Of a stretch of DNA of 54,570 bases, positions 9,314 to 18,392 are shown one piece after another (the stretch's first letter is position 1; every line of letters starts with the position of its first letter). The stretch is taken from positions 1 to 54,570 of IMG/VR virus record IMGVR_UViG_3300020214_000017; one strand, given 5' to 3'. A program made the position numbers and the translations under genes. Source of the stretch: a virus. Lineage: Duplodnaviria; Caudoviricetes. The notes under the pieces were generated by a model. It saw only the letters and a program-made list of their open reading frames with translations, ran no database searches and had not been told where the DNA came from.

Positions 9314-9317
9314 CAGG

Positions 9318-9346
9318 TTGTCTTATACCATTAGTACCGCTAACCT
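9318..9346 (+). promoter_or_regulatory. Cassette promoter repeat
   Basis: TTGTCT-17-TAACCT-6-ATG. Confidence 0.8.
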
Positions 9347-9352
9347 GTATAT

Positions 9353-9592
9353 ATGAAAAAATTTATTATTCGACAAACCGTCAATGTTGAAGTGCGATGG
9401 ATGTTGGACGCTGAAACCGAAAAAGAGGCTCTTGAAAAAGCCTATGGCAATTTTGACGACAGCCAAATTGTGTCTATTGACGCTCTTGAGTGGGACACAC
9501 CCTATGCGGCTGATGAGGTTGGGGACGAAGACATTCATTATTGGATAGATAAAGATTCCAAAATTCTTTGGCGGTCTGTGGGGGTCATCTGA
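9353..9592 (+). CDS. Hypothetical protein
   Basis: Leaderless first gene. Confidence 0.7.
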   Translation: MKKFIIRQTVNVEVRWMLDAETEKEALEKAYGNFDDSQIVSIDALEWDTPYAADEVGDEDIHYWIDKDSKILWRSVGVI

Positions 9593-10077
9593 TGGGTCTC
9601 GACCAATATCTTTACGCACGTCGCTACATGAGCAACAGCGATTTTGGTCGGGAACAAAAGTGGTCTGACCTTTACAACAAAGCAGCAGTCGCTACCGATA
9701 TCAAAGACATACTCAGTCCTGAGTTACAGGGCGACGATTTCAATTCGGGCTTTGTGATGTTCAAGGTGGGCTATTGGCGCAAGGAAAACGCCATTCACAA
9801 TTGGTTCGTCATTAATTGCCAAGACGGCAACGACGATTGCGGTGAGCATTGGGTCGGCAAGGAACAATTGGCGAAGTTGAAAGAGGCTTGCGACGAGGTG
9901 CTGGCAGACCCGACCAAAGCCGACGAGATACTTCCGACCGTCGACGGCTTCTTTTTCGGCACCACCGATTACGATGAGTGGTACTTTAAGGGACTGAAAA
10001 GAACCAGCGAACTAATCGGGCATTTACTTGAGAAGGCAGATGACAATTGGGACTTTGCCTATCATTCAAGTTGGTAA
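9592..10077 (+). CDS. Conserved phage hypothetical protein
   Basis: MGLDQYL...YWRKENAIHNWF...GFFFG.T.YDEWY...Y.SSW, a recurrent phage motif set. Confidence 0.75.
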   Translation: MGLDQYLYARRYMSNSDFGREQKWSDLYNKAAVATDIKDILSPELQGDDFNSGFVMFKVGYWRKENAIHNWFVINCQDGNDDCGEHWVGKEQLAKLKEACDEVLADPTKADEILPTVDGFFFGTTDYDEWYFKGLKRTSELIGHLLEKADDNWDFAYHSSW

Positions 10078-10079
10078 TT

Positions 10080-10421
10080 ATGGAAATATTTAGCCCTAAT
10101 ACCGAATTGTCGTTTGATGACTGGTGCCAACGGTTCAAGCCCGTAGCCAACCACATCGACCCGTTCAATTCGTCTTTCGCCAATTACGGAGCGGGTGGCA
10201 ACGAAGAGTACGGCATTATGTTTGAAACGTTTGGCGACGAACTAAAACATGTTGCGGAAACGGCTAGAGCCAAACCAGATACCGTGTGGACTTATGTCGA
10301 TGGCGACGGCGGAACCTACGTCATCAACGGCATGCATTTCGTGAATCGCATAGGGTATTTCATCACCAAACTGCCCGCCGACACTGACTACGAAATAATC
10401 GTCAGCAAAGACAACGACTGA
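10080..10421 (+). CDS. Conserved phage hypothetical protein
   Basis: FETFG.E...VWT.VDGD...G.HFVNRIGYFIT. Confidence 0.7.
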   Translation: MEIFSPNTELSFDDWCQRFKPVANHIDPFNSSFANYGAGGNEEYGIMFETFGDELKHVAETARAKPDTVWTYVDGDGGTYVINGMHFVNRIGYFITKLPADTDYEIIVSKDND

Positions 10422-10591
10422 ACTTGCTATCCACCACCGTAAGATATAGCCATATGTGGCTGGGGTCCCGGAGGTGACAAGAATAACTTTTTTACAGGTT
10501 GTGATATGCATTGGTACTTTTGGCTGCTTTTAAAAGAAAAGTTTCAACTTTTGGGTTTTCGGGGCTTTGTACAGGGCTTATGGTCACCATG

Positions 10592-10620
10592 TTGTCTTAT
10601 ACCATTAGTACCACTACAGT
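10592..10620 (+). promoter_or_regulatory. Cassette promoter repeat
   Basis: TTGTCT-17-TACAGT-6-ATG. Confidence 0.8.
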
Positions 10621-10626
10621 GAGCGT

Positions 10627-10830
10627 ATGACAAGTATTATTGTTTTGGCTCACGAGCCTATTGAACCGAATCACGAAGCGTTCACTGATGGCTATCTCAA
10701 CCATAGCGAATGGGTTGTTTATGATGGCGTATTTGCACTCGAGCAGGCAGAAGCGCGCGCAAGAGATTGGCGTGATTATTTCCAAGAGGTTCAAATACGT
10801 CGAGTTGGCAAAATAGGAGACGTCTACTGA
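10627..10830 (+). CDS. Hypothetical protein
   Basis: Leaderless first gene. Confidence 0.65.
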   Translation: MTSIIVLAHEPIEPNHEAFTDGYLNHSEWVVYDGVFALEQAEARARDWRDYFQEVQIRRVGKIGDVY

Positions 10831-10988
10831 TGGGTGTTTTGGGAACATTGTTTATTTATAAATTGGGCAAACGAAGCGAGCGACGCAAACGGGCCCGTCA
10901 AGAGCGTCGCGAGAAGTTTCGTGAGGAATGGGAAAACACAAAGACAATCGTTGATGACGAATACCGACCCCTTGACGGCTCCGAATAA
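10830..10988 (+). CDS. Hypothetical protein (52 aa)
   Basis: TGATG coupling, AGGAG SD; MGVLGTLFIYKLGKRSERRKR... Confidence 0.5.
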   Translation: MGVLGTLFIYKLGKRSERRKRARQERREKFREEWENTKTIVDDEYRPLDGSE

Positions 10989-11045
10989 TTGTCCGCCGGT
11001 GAACCGGGACTCTCGGCTGAGTGGGCATATTGTGGTGTTGTAAGG

Positions 11046-11074
11046 TTGTCTTATACCATTAGTACCGCTAAGGT
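11046..11074 (+). promoter_or_regulatory. Cassette promoter repeat
   Basis: TTGTCT-17-TAAGGT-6-ATG of a 12-aa uORF. Confidence 0.8.
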
Positions 11075-11111
11075 GAGAGTATGAAAAACAACCAACCAAG
11101 AAAGACTGATA

Positions 11112-11540
11112 ATGTCTAACAACTTATCAGTCAAAGTAAAAACCATAACGCTTGTAAAGGCGTTAGAGGAAGCCCTATCCACCCGCCAAAAGCGTTGGGA
11201 TACGGAAAACAAGCGCAGGGCGGAACACAAAAAGGCAGAGGAAGCATACCATCTCGCCTTATTGAAACTCTTGCGAACAAGCAAGGCAAAAATCACAGAC
11301 GCTAGCGAAAGATATAGTTATCGTCAAAATGATGAAAAAGAAAAAAACATCACCTTTAGTTGTGAAATTGTCTTGCCGAAAACCGCAGTACCAAAGAAGC
11401 CTAAGGACTTCTGCGAGTACCACGAACATCAGTACAAACGCGAAAAAGAGGACATAGAACAGGCTATTCGTATCCTGAAAATGACCGACCAAGAGTATGT
11501 CTCAGCGAGTACATACCGAAGCGTTGCCGAGTATCTGTAA
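11112..11540 (+). CDS. Hypothetical coiled-coil phage protein
   Basis: ORF followed by hairpin. Confidence 0.7.
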   Translation: MSNNLSVKVKTITLVKALEEALSTRQKRWDTENKRRAEHKKAEEAYHLALLKLLRTSKAKITDASERYSYRQNDEKEKNITFSCEIVLPKTAVPKKPKDFCEYHEHQYKREKEDIEQAIRILKMTDQEYVSASTYRSVAEYL

Positions 11541-11551
11541 AAACAGAGACT

Positions 11552-11594
11552 AACCCCCAACGGGGGTGGGGGAAACCCCACCCCTAGGGTGTTT
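11552..11594 (+). terminator. Hairpin, putative terminator
   Basis: GGGGTGGGG-GAAA-CCCCACCCC just after the stop. Confidence 0.55.
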
Positions 11595-11694
11595 CCACCA
11601 CCGTAAGACATAGCCACATGCTTTCGTAGTCCCGGCTGAAAGGTGGGGACAAGGATGGCCGACTCGGGGCTGATTGTCATTTCTTTTTCGCAGG

Positions 11695-11723
11695 TTGTCT
11701 TATGCCATTAGTGCCACTAAGGT
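11695..11723 (+). promoter_or_regulatory. Cassette promoter repeat
   Basis: TTGTCT-17-TAAGGT-7-ATG. Confidence 0.8.
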
Positions 11724-11730
11724 AGCAGGT

Positions 11731-12002
<272 letters not shown>

Positions 12003-12003
<1 letters not shown>

Positions 12004-12191
12004 TGACAAACAATCCTTTGAGTGAGAAAGAAAATGAACTCGCACTCATGACGAGAGCAGTCTGGGGCGATAATGCTGTGGAGTTTCTGGTCGGGGCTCT
12101 TGCGTCAATGGTAACCGAAAGCCGACTAGATGCTTTGATAGCCAAACTAAGGACAAAGGCAATTTTTGAGCCGATTATCCAAGAATGGTAA
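12003..12191 (+). CDS. Hypothetical protein, paralog of 14870-15034
   Basis: EKENELA...G.NAVEFLVGA...S.LDAL.AKLRT. Confidence 0.7.
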
Positions 12192-12199
12192 GCCAAAAG

Positions 12200-12228
12200 T
12201 TGTCTTATACCATTAGTGCCGATACACT
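12200..12228 (+). promoter_or_regulatory. Cassette promoter repeat
   Basis: TTGTCT-17-TACACT-6-ATG. Confidence 0.8.
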
Positions 12229-12234
12229 AGATGT

Positions 12235-12801
12235 ATGAAAAAGAAAAAGAAACCAGCAACAAAGAAACCAGCAACAAAGAAATTGGCTAGGTCGCTTGAG
12301 GTGGACCCGAATCCAAATAGCCACCGCAAAATCGGCAAAGTAGCAAAAGCAACAGAACAAAAAATTGACGAAATGCTTGGTGGGCGGTTTAGTGTGCCAC
12401 AGGCGGTTATTTATTCCGTTAAAGAAACCAAGGGTGGGGGACTACAAGTAGTGAAACGCCACCAAGGAGACGATATCTATGACCTGCTCGGCGATAGTTA
12501 CACGGCTGATATTGCTCGGACTAGCACCTATATCGCCGTGCTTACTTGTGGTTGGGCGTCACCCGTAGAGCCAGGAGATGACGACTCTGATGAGTTTATT
12601 CCACCGTCTGAACACCCAAACCGCAGGCGAGTGCGCCTAGTCATTACGGCTAGTCGTCACAAGGGCGTGGCTAGTGTGTTGCGATTCGCGGATAAGCCCA
12701 ATGAAATAATGCTTGACGAAGATAAAGCCAGGGGTTCTTTGGCAGACGCTATCCACGACTTGTTTTCTTGCCCACCCCTTACCACCTTTGTAACGGCATA
12801 A
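12235..12801 (+). CDS. Hypothetical protein with basic N-terminus
   Basis: Leaderless; KKPAT x2; PSEHPNRRRV motif. Confidence 0.7.
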   Translation: MKKKKKPATKKPATKKLARSLEVDPNPNSHRKIGKVAKATEQKIDEMLGGRFSVPQAVIYSVKETKGGGLQVVKRHQGDDIYDLLGDSYTADIARTSTYIAVLTCGWASPVEPGDDDSDEFIPPSEHPNRRRVRLVITASRHKGVASVLRFADKPNEIMLDEDKARGSLADAIHDLFSCPPLTTFVTA

Positions 12802-12938
12802 ATCCCGACTAGTTTTTGGGGGTTTCCACCACCGTAAGACATAGGCATACGGTCGGGTAGGGGTCCCGGAGTTTTGCGTTATGCCATTTTTCGTACCCAT
12901 CTATGTCGGGGCTTCTTTTGGCAGGGGCGAGGTTGAGG

Positions 12939-12967
12939 TTGTCTTGTACCATTAGTACCGCTAAGGT
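12939..12967 (+). promoter_or_regulatory. Cassette promoter repeat
   Basis: TTGTCT-17-TAAGGT-7-ATG. Confidence 0.8.
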
Positions 12968-12974
12968 AGGGGGT

Positions 12975-13208
12975 ATGTTCACACGAAAGACAATTAGACC
13001 GAAACACAGCAGGGCGATTGCTGAACTGCGATACGAGAGGCGTGAGCGAACACTTACGGTTCAGTATCTCAACGGGGGTCGCTATCTTTACGCAAGCGTA
13101 AACCCTGCGATATGGCAACTTATCCGCAAACAAGGCAAGAGTGAGGGCTACGGTCGAGCCGTAAACTCAATCGTAAAGCCCAACTTTAACTTCATAAAGG
13201 TTAGATAA
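12975..13208 (+). CDS. KTSC domain protein
   Basis: S.AI..L.Y.....TL.V.Y.NGG.Y.Y..V...W......S..G..VN..VK. Confidence 0.65.
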   Translation: MFTRKTIRPKHSRAIAELRYERRERTLTVQYLNGGRYLYASVNPAIWQLIRKQGKSEGYGRAVNSIVKPNFNFIKVR

Positions 13209-13495
13209 TGGGCAGATTTGGCGCAGAGAGTATGAAAGAAGTTGCCGACGACATGGGCATTAGCCTACGCCAGCAACTGTCATGGCACTTGACGGGCAAT
13301 CACTATCCACCTGTACCGACCAGCATGATTGAGCCGTGTATTCAGGCGATTGAGGCGGTGCGAGAGGGCGACAGCGAGCGTGAAATCGCACTACCAGAGG
13401 GCGTATCATGGCGGGGTCGCCAGACAGCACCAGCCCACGCAATCGTGGGAGCGCACCACCTACAAACTTGGTGCTATGACGAGGATTACGAATGA
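13208..13495 (+). CDS. Conserved phage hypothetical protein
   Basis: HL.GNHYPPVP..M...C..AI...HHL..W. Confidence 0.7.
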   Translation: MGRFGAESMKEVADDMGISLRQQLSWHLTGNHYPPVPTSMIEPCIQAIEAVREGDSEREIALPEGVSWRGRQTAPAHAIVGAHHLQTWCYDEDYE

Positions 13496-13728
13496 CGACT
13501 GTTGCCGAACTAATCGAACGCCTGAAAGAGATTAAGAACCCCAATCAGTCTGTGATATATCAGTATTACTTGGCTTCACACTTCGGGGCCGACGACCAAG
13601 TTTTTGAGAAGGTGGCGACAAGGTTGGATTCGGAGATTCCATCCTTATTTAACTCGCACGACATAATCTCGGAGTATCTATGCGACGAAGGGGCGACGGT
13701 GAATCGTCAGGGCAAATCTAATGAATAA
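13492..13728 (+). CDS. Hypothetical protein
   Basis: MTTVAELIERL; ATGA overlap. Confidence 0.65.
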   Translation: MTTVAELIERLKEIKNPNQSVIYQYYLASHFGADDQVFEKVATRLDSEIPSLFNSHDIISEYLCDEGATVNRQGKSNE

Positions 13729-13729
13729 G

Positions 13730-13758
13730 TTGTCTTGTACCATTAGTACCGCTAAGGT
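13730..13758 (+). promoter_or_regulatory. Cassette promoter repeat
   Basis: TTGTCT-17-TAAGGT-9-ATG. Confidence 0.8.
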
Positions 13759-13767
13759 GTAAGTATT

Positions 13768-14286
13768 ATGGGAATGGATGTATCGGGGAAAAACCCCACA
13801 AGCGACACAGGCTCTTACTTCAGGAATAATGTTTGGTGGTGGCGACCACTAGCCGAGTATTGTCTTAATAATCACTTTGAGATAGCAGGCAAGTGTGAGT
13901 GTTGGCATACCAACGACGGTGATGGGCTTAATGCCAGAGACAGCAAACGACTTGCTAGGGCGTTAAAAGAGGACTTGCGAAAAGGCATAGTTGCTGACTA
14001 TGAAAGAGAATATCACCGCCAAATGGGAGAATTGCCGAGAGAACAGTGCCGACTATGTGATGGCACGGGTATTCGTAAAGACAAAGTTGGCGAGGAAATG
14101 GGTATGCCCGAACAGGAACTCAAACCCGAAATCCAGATATTGACTGGGCGCACTTATGGATGGTGTAATGGGTGCGACGGCGTAGGCACTACCGAAAACT
14201 GGGCTATGTCTTATCCGTTCAGCGAGGAAAATGTAAAAGAGTTCGCCGACTTCCTTGAGGACTGCGGTGGCTTCCAAATTTGGTAA
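13768..14286 (+). CDS. Phage protein with DnaJ-type zinc finger
   Basis: YFRNNVWWWRPL; CRLCDGTG and CNGCDGVG. Confidence 0.75.
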   Translation: MGMDVSGKNPTSDTGSYFRNNVWWWRPLAEYCLNNHFEIAGKCECWHTNDGDGLNARDSKRLARALKEDLRKGIVADYEREYHRQMGELPREQCRLCDGTGIRKDKVGEEMGMPEQELKPEIQILTGRTYGWCNGCDGVGTTENWAMSYPFSEENVKEFADFLEDCGGFQIW

Positions 14287-14325
14287 ATCGCAGTTGCGCC
14301 ACCCCGGGACTTTCGGTAAGCGTAG

Positions 14326-14354
14326 TTGTCTTATACCATTAGTACCACTACACT
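14326..14354 (+). promoter_or_regulatory. Cassette promoter repeat
   Basis: TTGTCT-17-TACACT-6-ATG. Confidence 0.8.
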
Positions 14355-14360
14355 AAATAT

Positions 14361-14873
14361 ATGGGATACACACATTATTGGAAAAGACCACGAAACAACT
14401 ACGGCACGGCTGAGATGTTTGGGCGACTTGCGTTAGACGCAAAGAAAATAATCGCACAAGCGGAATTAGACGGTATCCGTATTCGAGATGGCTTTGGCGA
14501 AGGCGAGCCAAACTTTAACGAGGCATTTTTTGCCATTAACGGCGATACAAATGCCCACACGCCTGACGGTAGAGACTTGGCACACGAAACCTTCCTTTGG
14601 GAAGGCGTGCCGACAATAGATGAGTGGCGCAAAGACGAACCCCAAACCTTTGACTTCTGTAAGACCGCCTATAAGCCCTATGACGCCGTGATTACGGCGA
14701 TACTCATACGAGCCAAGAAAATCTACGGCGAGTGCGTCAAGGTATCGTCTGATGGAAACTGGAGTAAGTCTGAACGGTGGGGCGACTACGGCAACTGGCT
14801 CGCAGGTCGAAACCTTTATGAAAGAGTATTCGGCGAGGTCGCAGAGTCGCCGTTCGATATGGTTTGCCTATGA
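14361..14873 (+). CDS. Conserved phage hypothetical protein
   Basis: MGYTHYW...HETF...FCKTAYKPYD.V...VSSDG. Confidence 0.75.
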   Translation: MGYTHYWKRPRNNYGTAEMFGRLALDAKKIIAQAELDGIRIRDGFGEGEPNFNEAFFAINGDTNAHTPDGRDLAHETFLWEGVPTIDEWRKDEPQTFDFCKTAYKPYDAVITAILIRAKKIYGECVKVSSDGNWSKSERWGDYGNWLAGRNLYERVFGEVAESPFDMVCL

Positions 14874-15034
14874 TTACCAAAATCGAAAAAGAGAATGAAT
14901 TGGCTTCTTTAGCGAAAATTGTTTATGGCGAAAATGCCGTTGAGTTTTTGGTCGGGGCTATCTCGTCTGTAGTCAGCGAAAGCCAACTAGACGCTTTGCT
15001 TGCCAAACTCAGGACTATTGAAGCCAAGAAATAG
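14870..15034 (+). CDS. Hypothetical protein (54 aa), paralog of 12003-12191
   Basis: MITKIEKENELASLAKIVYGENAVEFLVGAISSVVSESQLDALLAKLRTIEAKK. Confidence 0.65.
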   Translation: MITKIEKENELASLAKIVYGENAVEFLVGAISSVVSESQLDALLAKLRTIEAKK

Positions 15035-15174
15035 TCGCTTTCCACCACCGTAAGGTATAGCCACAGGCATTGGCCCCGGCTGGGGCGTAGTGGGGCAAAG
15101 AAAAAATCAACTCGGGACTGCGACCTGCCTGCCTGTGGATAACTTGTGTGGTTGAATAAACGGTCTGGGTGAGG

Positions 15175-15203
15175 TTGTCTTATACCATTAGTGCCGATAA
15201 GGT
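15175..15203 (+). promoter_or_regulatory. Cassette promoter repeat
   Basis: TTGTCT-17-TAAGGT-7-ATG. Confidence 0.8.
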
Positions 15204-15210
15204 GACGGGT

Positions 15211-15573
15211 ATGACAACACTTATGGATACAGCAGACGCTTACAAGTCGGCTTATGAAGCCTTGAAGGTTGCCGAAACGGCACTTGCTAAGGCTCGTCAG
15301 ACGCTTGAAGCAGACTTCGCCTTAAACGGAGTCACCCGACACTCAACTAGCGACGGCTCTATGGTCTCTATTGAGGTCGTCAATAACCGCATCTTTGACA
15401 TTGACACTTTGCGCCTAGTTGCGCCAAATGCCTTTGACATCGTGACGGCGTTGAAGGTGGACACAAAAGCCTTTGACAAAGAAGTTGCTGACGGCAACAT
15501 TACGCCCGATGCGGTAGCAAAGGTCGTGACCTTGAAGCCCCATACAAGGGTGACGGTAGGTGTGGCGGTATGA
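15211..15573 (+). CDS. Hypothetical phage protein
   Basis: Leaderless first gene. Confidence 0.7.
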   Translation: MTTLMDTADAYKSAYEALKVAETALAKARQTLEADFALNGVTRHSTSDGSMVSIEVVNNRIFDIDTLRLVAPNAFDIVTALKVDTKAFDKEVADGNITPDAVAKVVTLKPHTRVTVGVAV

Positions 15574-15806
15574 CCGCCACCTACTATGTGTACCACGCAG
15601 GGACAGGGACACTCATTGACGCTGCCGACGGGACATTCGTCTTCAGCGACGAAGATTTCAGCGACGAAGAGCGTGAGGCACTTGAAAACGACGAAGTTCC
15701 TGAGGGCGTGGGCGTGCGACTCACGACGCTTATCCGCGTCTACGAGAGGCTTTGCGCCGAGGAGACCGCTCGGGCGAAGAGGACTAAGAAGAAGGGGAAG
15801 AAGTAA
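15570..15806 (+). CDS. Hypothetical protein
   Basis: ATGA overlap. Confidence 0.6.
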   Translation: MTATYYVYHAGTGTLIDAADGTFVFSDEDFSDEEREALENDEVPEGVGVRLTTLIRVYERLCAEETARAKRTKKKGKK

Positions 15807-15835
15807 TGGGTGAAGAAGGGGAAGAAGTAATGGGT
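15788..15835 (+). repeat. Perfect 24-bp tandem duplication
   Basis: GAAGAAGGGGAAGAAGTAATGGGT x2. Confidence 0.9.
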
Positions 15836-16153
15836 CTTATTGACTTTATGGAAACGATGCTTGCCGTTAAACCTGACAAAGACGGGTTCTTTGAGGTTCA
15901 GACTTATGATGCCTACCTACTGAGTCTTATTCTCAGGTGGGTGGCTGAGGAAGCCTTGTCTGTGGAAAACACCGTAGAAGCCCAAGGGACACTTGACGCC
16001 ATTAACGCCGACTTAGCCACTCTTAGTACAGACTTAACCGATGATGACCGGGGCCGTGCGGTGGCGCAACTCGGCGTATGGGCGCAAACTGATGGTTTCC
16101 TGAAAAGTTATGTTGAGAGGTTGTCTAATACCATTAGTGCCGCTAAGGTGTAG
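15806..16153 (+). CDS. Hypothetical protein
   Basis: TAATG coupling; C-terminus reads through the next promoter. Confidence 0.55.
   Translation: MGEEGEEVMGLIDFMETMLAVKPDKDGFFEVQTYDAYLLSLILRWVAEEALSVENTVEAQGTLDAINADLATLSTDLTDDDRGRAVAQLGVWAQTDGFLKSYVERLSNTISAAKV
16121..16149 (+). promoter_or_regulatory. Cassette promoter repeat
   Basis: TTGTCT-17-TAAGGT-7-ATG. Confidence 0.8.
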
Positions 16154-16156
16154 GGT

Positions 16157-16459
16157 ATGAAAACAACACACACCAAGACCTGTACACACATATCGCAATA
16201 TCGAGTCAAGGAGTTCGATGTTTCGGTGAACACCGAAATCAAGTTTGACCTAGAAAAGGATTACAACTGGATTACAACCTGTGTCACCGAACACGCAAAA
16301 GATGCGCCTGAGTGGCGTAAAGACACCGCTGAAATCAGCATTATCTACTTCCCAAACGCTGAGGTGCTCGAGAGTTATCTTGAGGATTTCGTAAGGAAAG
16401 CAATCGCCACCCTTGAGGTGATACGCCTTAATAAGCAGATGGCTGAGGTGAGTGCCTGA
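16157..16459 (+). CDS. Hypothetical protein
   Basis: Leaderless first gene. Confidence 0.7.
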   Translation: MKTTHTKTCTHISQYRVKEFDVSVNTEIKFDLEKDYNWITTCVTEHAKDAPEWRKDTAEISIIYFPNAEVLESYLEDFVRKAIATLEVIRLNKQMAEVSA

Positions 16460-16702
16460 AAACACACAAACCTAAGACCAAATCTCGTCGTGCCTATCAC
16501 AGAGCGTGGCGTAGAAAGAAACAAAACAACCCCGATAATGGGCCCCGGCATTGTGCCAGAGTTGGTTGTATAACGATACTCAGTCAATACAACCTTAATG
16601 ACTGTTGCCACGCCCATAACTTTGCTTATGTGAAACGAAATAAACTTCACCTTCGCTTGGAAGAGTTGGAAGGCTTCTAGCGGGGCCCCAAGCAGGGGGG
16701 AG

Positions 16703-16731
16703 TTGTCTTATACCATTAGTGCCGATATACT
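16703..16731 (+). promoter_or_regulatory. Cassette promoter repeat
   Basis: TTGTCT-17-TATACT-7-ATG. Confidence 0.8.
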
Positions 16732-16738
16732 GATGGAT

Positions 16739-17014
16739 ATGACAACACCGAGAGATAACTCAATAGATGAAATCCTTGCCGAAGAGTATCTTGGCGTAGG
16801 GGTAATAGGCAAAGTTGCTATTCACGCCCTTTGGGAAGACTTTGCGGAAGGTCGTATGAACGAGTGGCTGGAAGAGACCGAGACGACTCGAGTTGAACTT
16901 CTGGAAGCGATGTTGCGCCTTACCACAGATATCGTTGGTAGTGGCAAGGTTGATATGCTCAGGACGATGGACGGGTGGGAGACTTACACAGATGCGCAAA
17001 TCGAAGCCGTATAA
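16739..17014 (+). CDS. Hypothetical protein
   Basis: Leaderless first gene. Confidence 0.65.
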   Translation: MTTPRDNSIDEILAEEYLGVGVIGKVAIHALWEDFAEGRMNEWLEETETTRVELLEAMLRLTTDIVGSGKVDMLRTMDGWETYTDAQIEAV

Positions 17015-17089
17015 AAAGACCTTACAGTTTTCGGCGTTGTTGATATTCCTTGTCGGGGTCGGCTTGATAGCAAAAGCATTTCGGGGCCG

Positions 17090-17281
17090 ATGAGCGAGCC
17101 GAAAACTCCGAACGAACAGGCGTGGTGGGATAAAACGTGGCGACCTTTCAAATACCACATAACGTTATGGCCCCGTGAAGCCGAAGTCAAGCAAATTAGG
17201 TTGATTAAAGAACAAATAGAGCAGTTTATTGACATTGTCACAAAACGAGACGACTCGCCTTTCCACCACCGTAAGACATAG
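17090..17281 (+). CDS. Hypothetical protein
   Basis: ORF; its 3' end contains the CCACCACCGTA motif. Confidence 0.5.
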   Translation: MSEPKTPNEQAWWDKTWRPFKYHITLWPREAEVKQIRLIKEQIEQFIDIVTKRDDSPFHHRKT

Positions 17282-17363
17282 CCATATACGTTGGGCGTAG
17301 TCCCGGTTCTATTTTTCTTTAAGTTTTTTGTCGGGGCTCATTTATATTATTGTTTGTGGCAGG

Positions 17364-17392
17364 TTGTCTAATACCATTAGTGCCGCTACACT
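17364..17392 (+). promoter_or_regulatory. Cassette promoter repeat
   Basis: TTGTCT-17-TACACT-6-ATG. Confidence 0.8.
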
Positions 17393-17398
17393 GAGGGT

Positions 17399-17623
17399 AT
17401 GAGCAAAAACAATGAAAAGCCAACTTCACAACTCCTACTTCACTTGGTTGGGGGTGTGGACTATGAAATGGTCGCTGACCAAATCTGGGAAGATAATAAC
17501 GATAGGTGGGTCATAAATATCCGTGAAAAGAACAACCCCATTGGGCAGTTTGTCTCAATATTTTGTGACAAAAAACAGATGGAAACGCTGTTTTGTTCAC
17601 CCGAAATCGTGATGGTAAAGTAA
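17399..17623 (+). CDS. Hypothetical protein
   Basis: Leaderless first gene. Confidence 0.65.
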   Translation: MSKNNEKPTSQLLLHLVGGVDYEMVADQIWEDNNDRWVINIREKNNPIGQFVSIFCDKKQMETLFCSPEIVMVK

Positions 17624-17637
17624 AGCAAAGGACAAAT

Positions 17638-17931
17638 GTGGAAAAGTTGCCGAAACGATATTCGCTGAGGGCTGAAGGTAATCCTTCCATACCTGAGTTC
17701 ACCTGTGAACAGACCTACACGGTTGATACTTGGCAAATCATATTCGCTGACGGGACTGAACTTGTCGCCCAAGTTGGGTGCGCTGAACCCCCAAGCACGG
17801 GAGACGGGCTTCATATTGAAGTTGAGTGGCAGTCTGAAACCCCTGAGTGGGCAAACGACCTTACCGACGAGCAACTTATTAAACTTGTGGCGTTGCGGGG
17901 CGCCTACCACCCCATTTTTGAGGAGTTGTAA
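17638..17931 (+). CDS. Hypothetical protein
   Basis: GTG start with AAGGA SD. Confidence 0.55.
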   Translation: MEKLPKRYSLRAEGNPSIPEFTCEQTYTVDTWQIIFADGTELVAQVGCAEPPSTGDGLHIEVEWQSETPEWANDLTDEQLIKLVALRGAYHPIFEEL

Positions 17932-17938
17932 TCAAAGG

Positions 17939-17967
17939 TTGTCTTATACCATTAGTGCCACTATACT
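17939..17967 (+). promoter_or_regulatory. Cassette promoter repeat
   Basis: TTGTCT-17-TATACT-7-ATG. Confidence 0.8.
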
Positions 17968-17974
17968 GAGTGTT

Positions 17975-18121
17975 ATGAAACGAAAACAATGGAACTCAAT
18001 AGATGCTCAAGCCTTCGCTGATGGCGCACGGACAAAGGCTCAAACCTTTGCCGATAGGCGCAAGCGTGACAATAAACACGCTTGTCGCAAGTGGAAATGG
18101 GGCAGGTTGCGAAATGAGTAA
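17975..18121 (+). CDS. Small basic protein (48 aa)
   Basis: MKRKQWNSIDAQAFADG...DRRKRDNKHACRK. Confidence 0.6.
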   Translation: MKRKQWNSIDAQAFADGARTKAQTFADRRKRDNKHACRKWKWGRLRNE

Positions 18122-18170
18122 TGTGCCGTGTACTATCAATGACCACAACAACAAGCAGAAAGAAAGCGAT

Positions 18171-18392
18171 ATGAAAAAAGCAGAACTAGTTAAAGCAGAG
18201 CAAAAGTTGGCAGACAAACTTCGGGACTGCCGACTCAAGCAGGGGCTAACTCAAGACGCACTTGCCGATAAGTCGGGTCTTGACCGAAAAACCGTGAACC
18301 GCATTGAGCGCAACCATTTTTCGCCAAGCCTTCGTACCTTGTTAATCTTGTGCGACAGCCTTGATGTCAAAGTATCTGAGGTTGTCAAATAG
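18171..18392 (+). CDS. XRE/Cro-C1 HTH transcriptional regulator
   Basis: LRDCRLKQGLTQDALADKSGLDRKTVNRIERNHFSPSLRTL. Confidence 0.9.
   Translation: MKKAELVKAEQKLADKLRDCRLKQGLTQDALADKSGLDRKTVNRIERNHFSPSLRTLLILCDSLDVKVSEVVK

Noticed and set aside
15134-15142. Perfect DnaA box TGTGGATAA
   Set aside because: Single copy, no cluster or adjacent unwinding element
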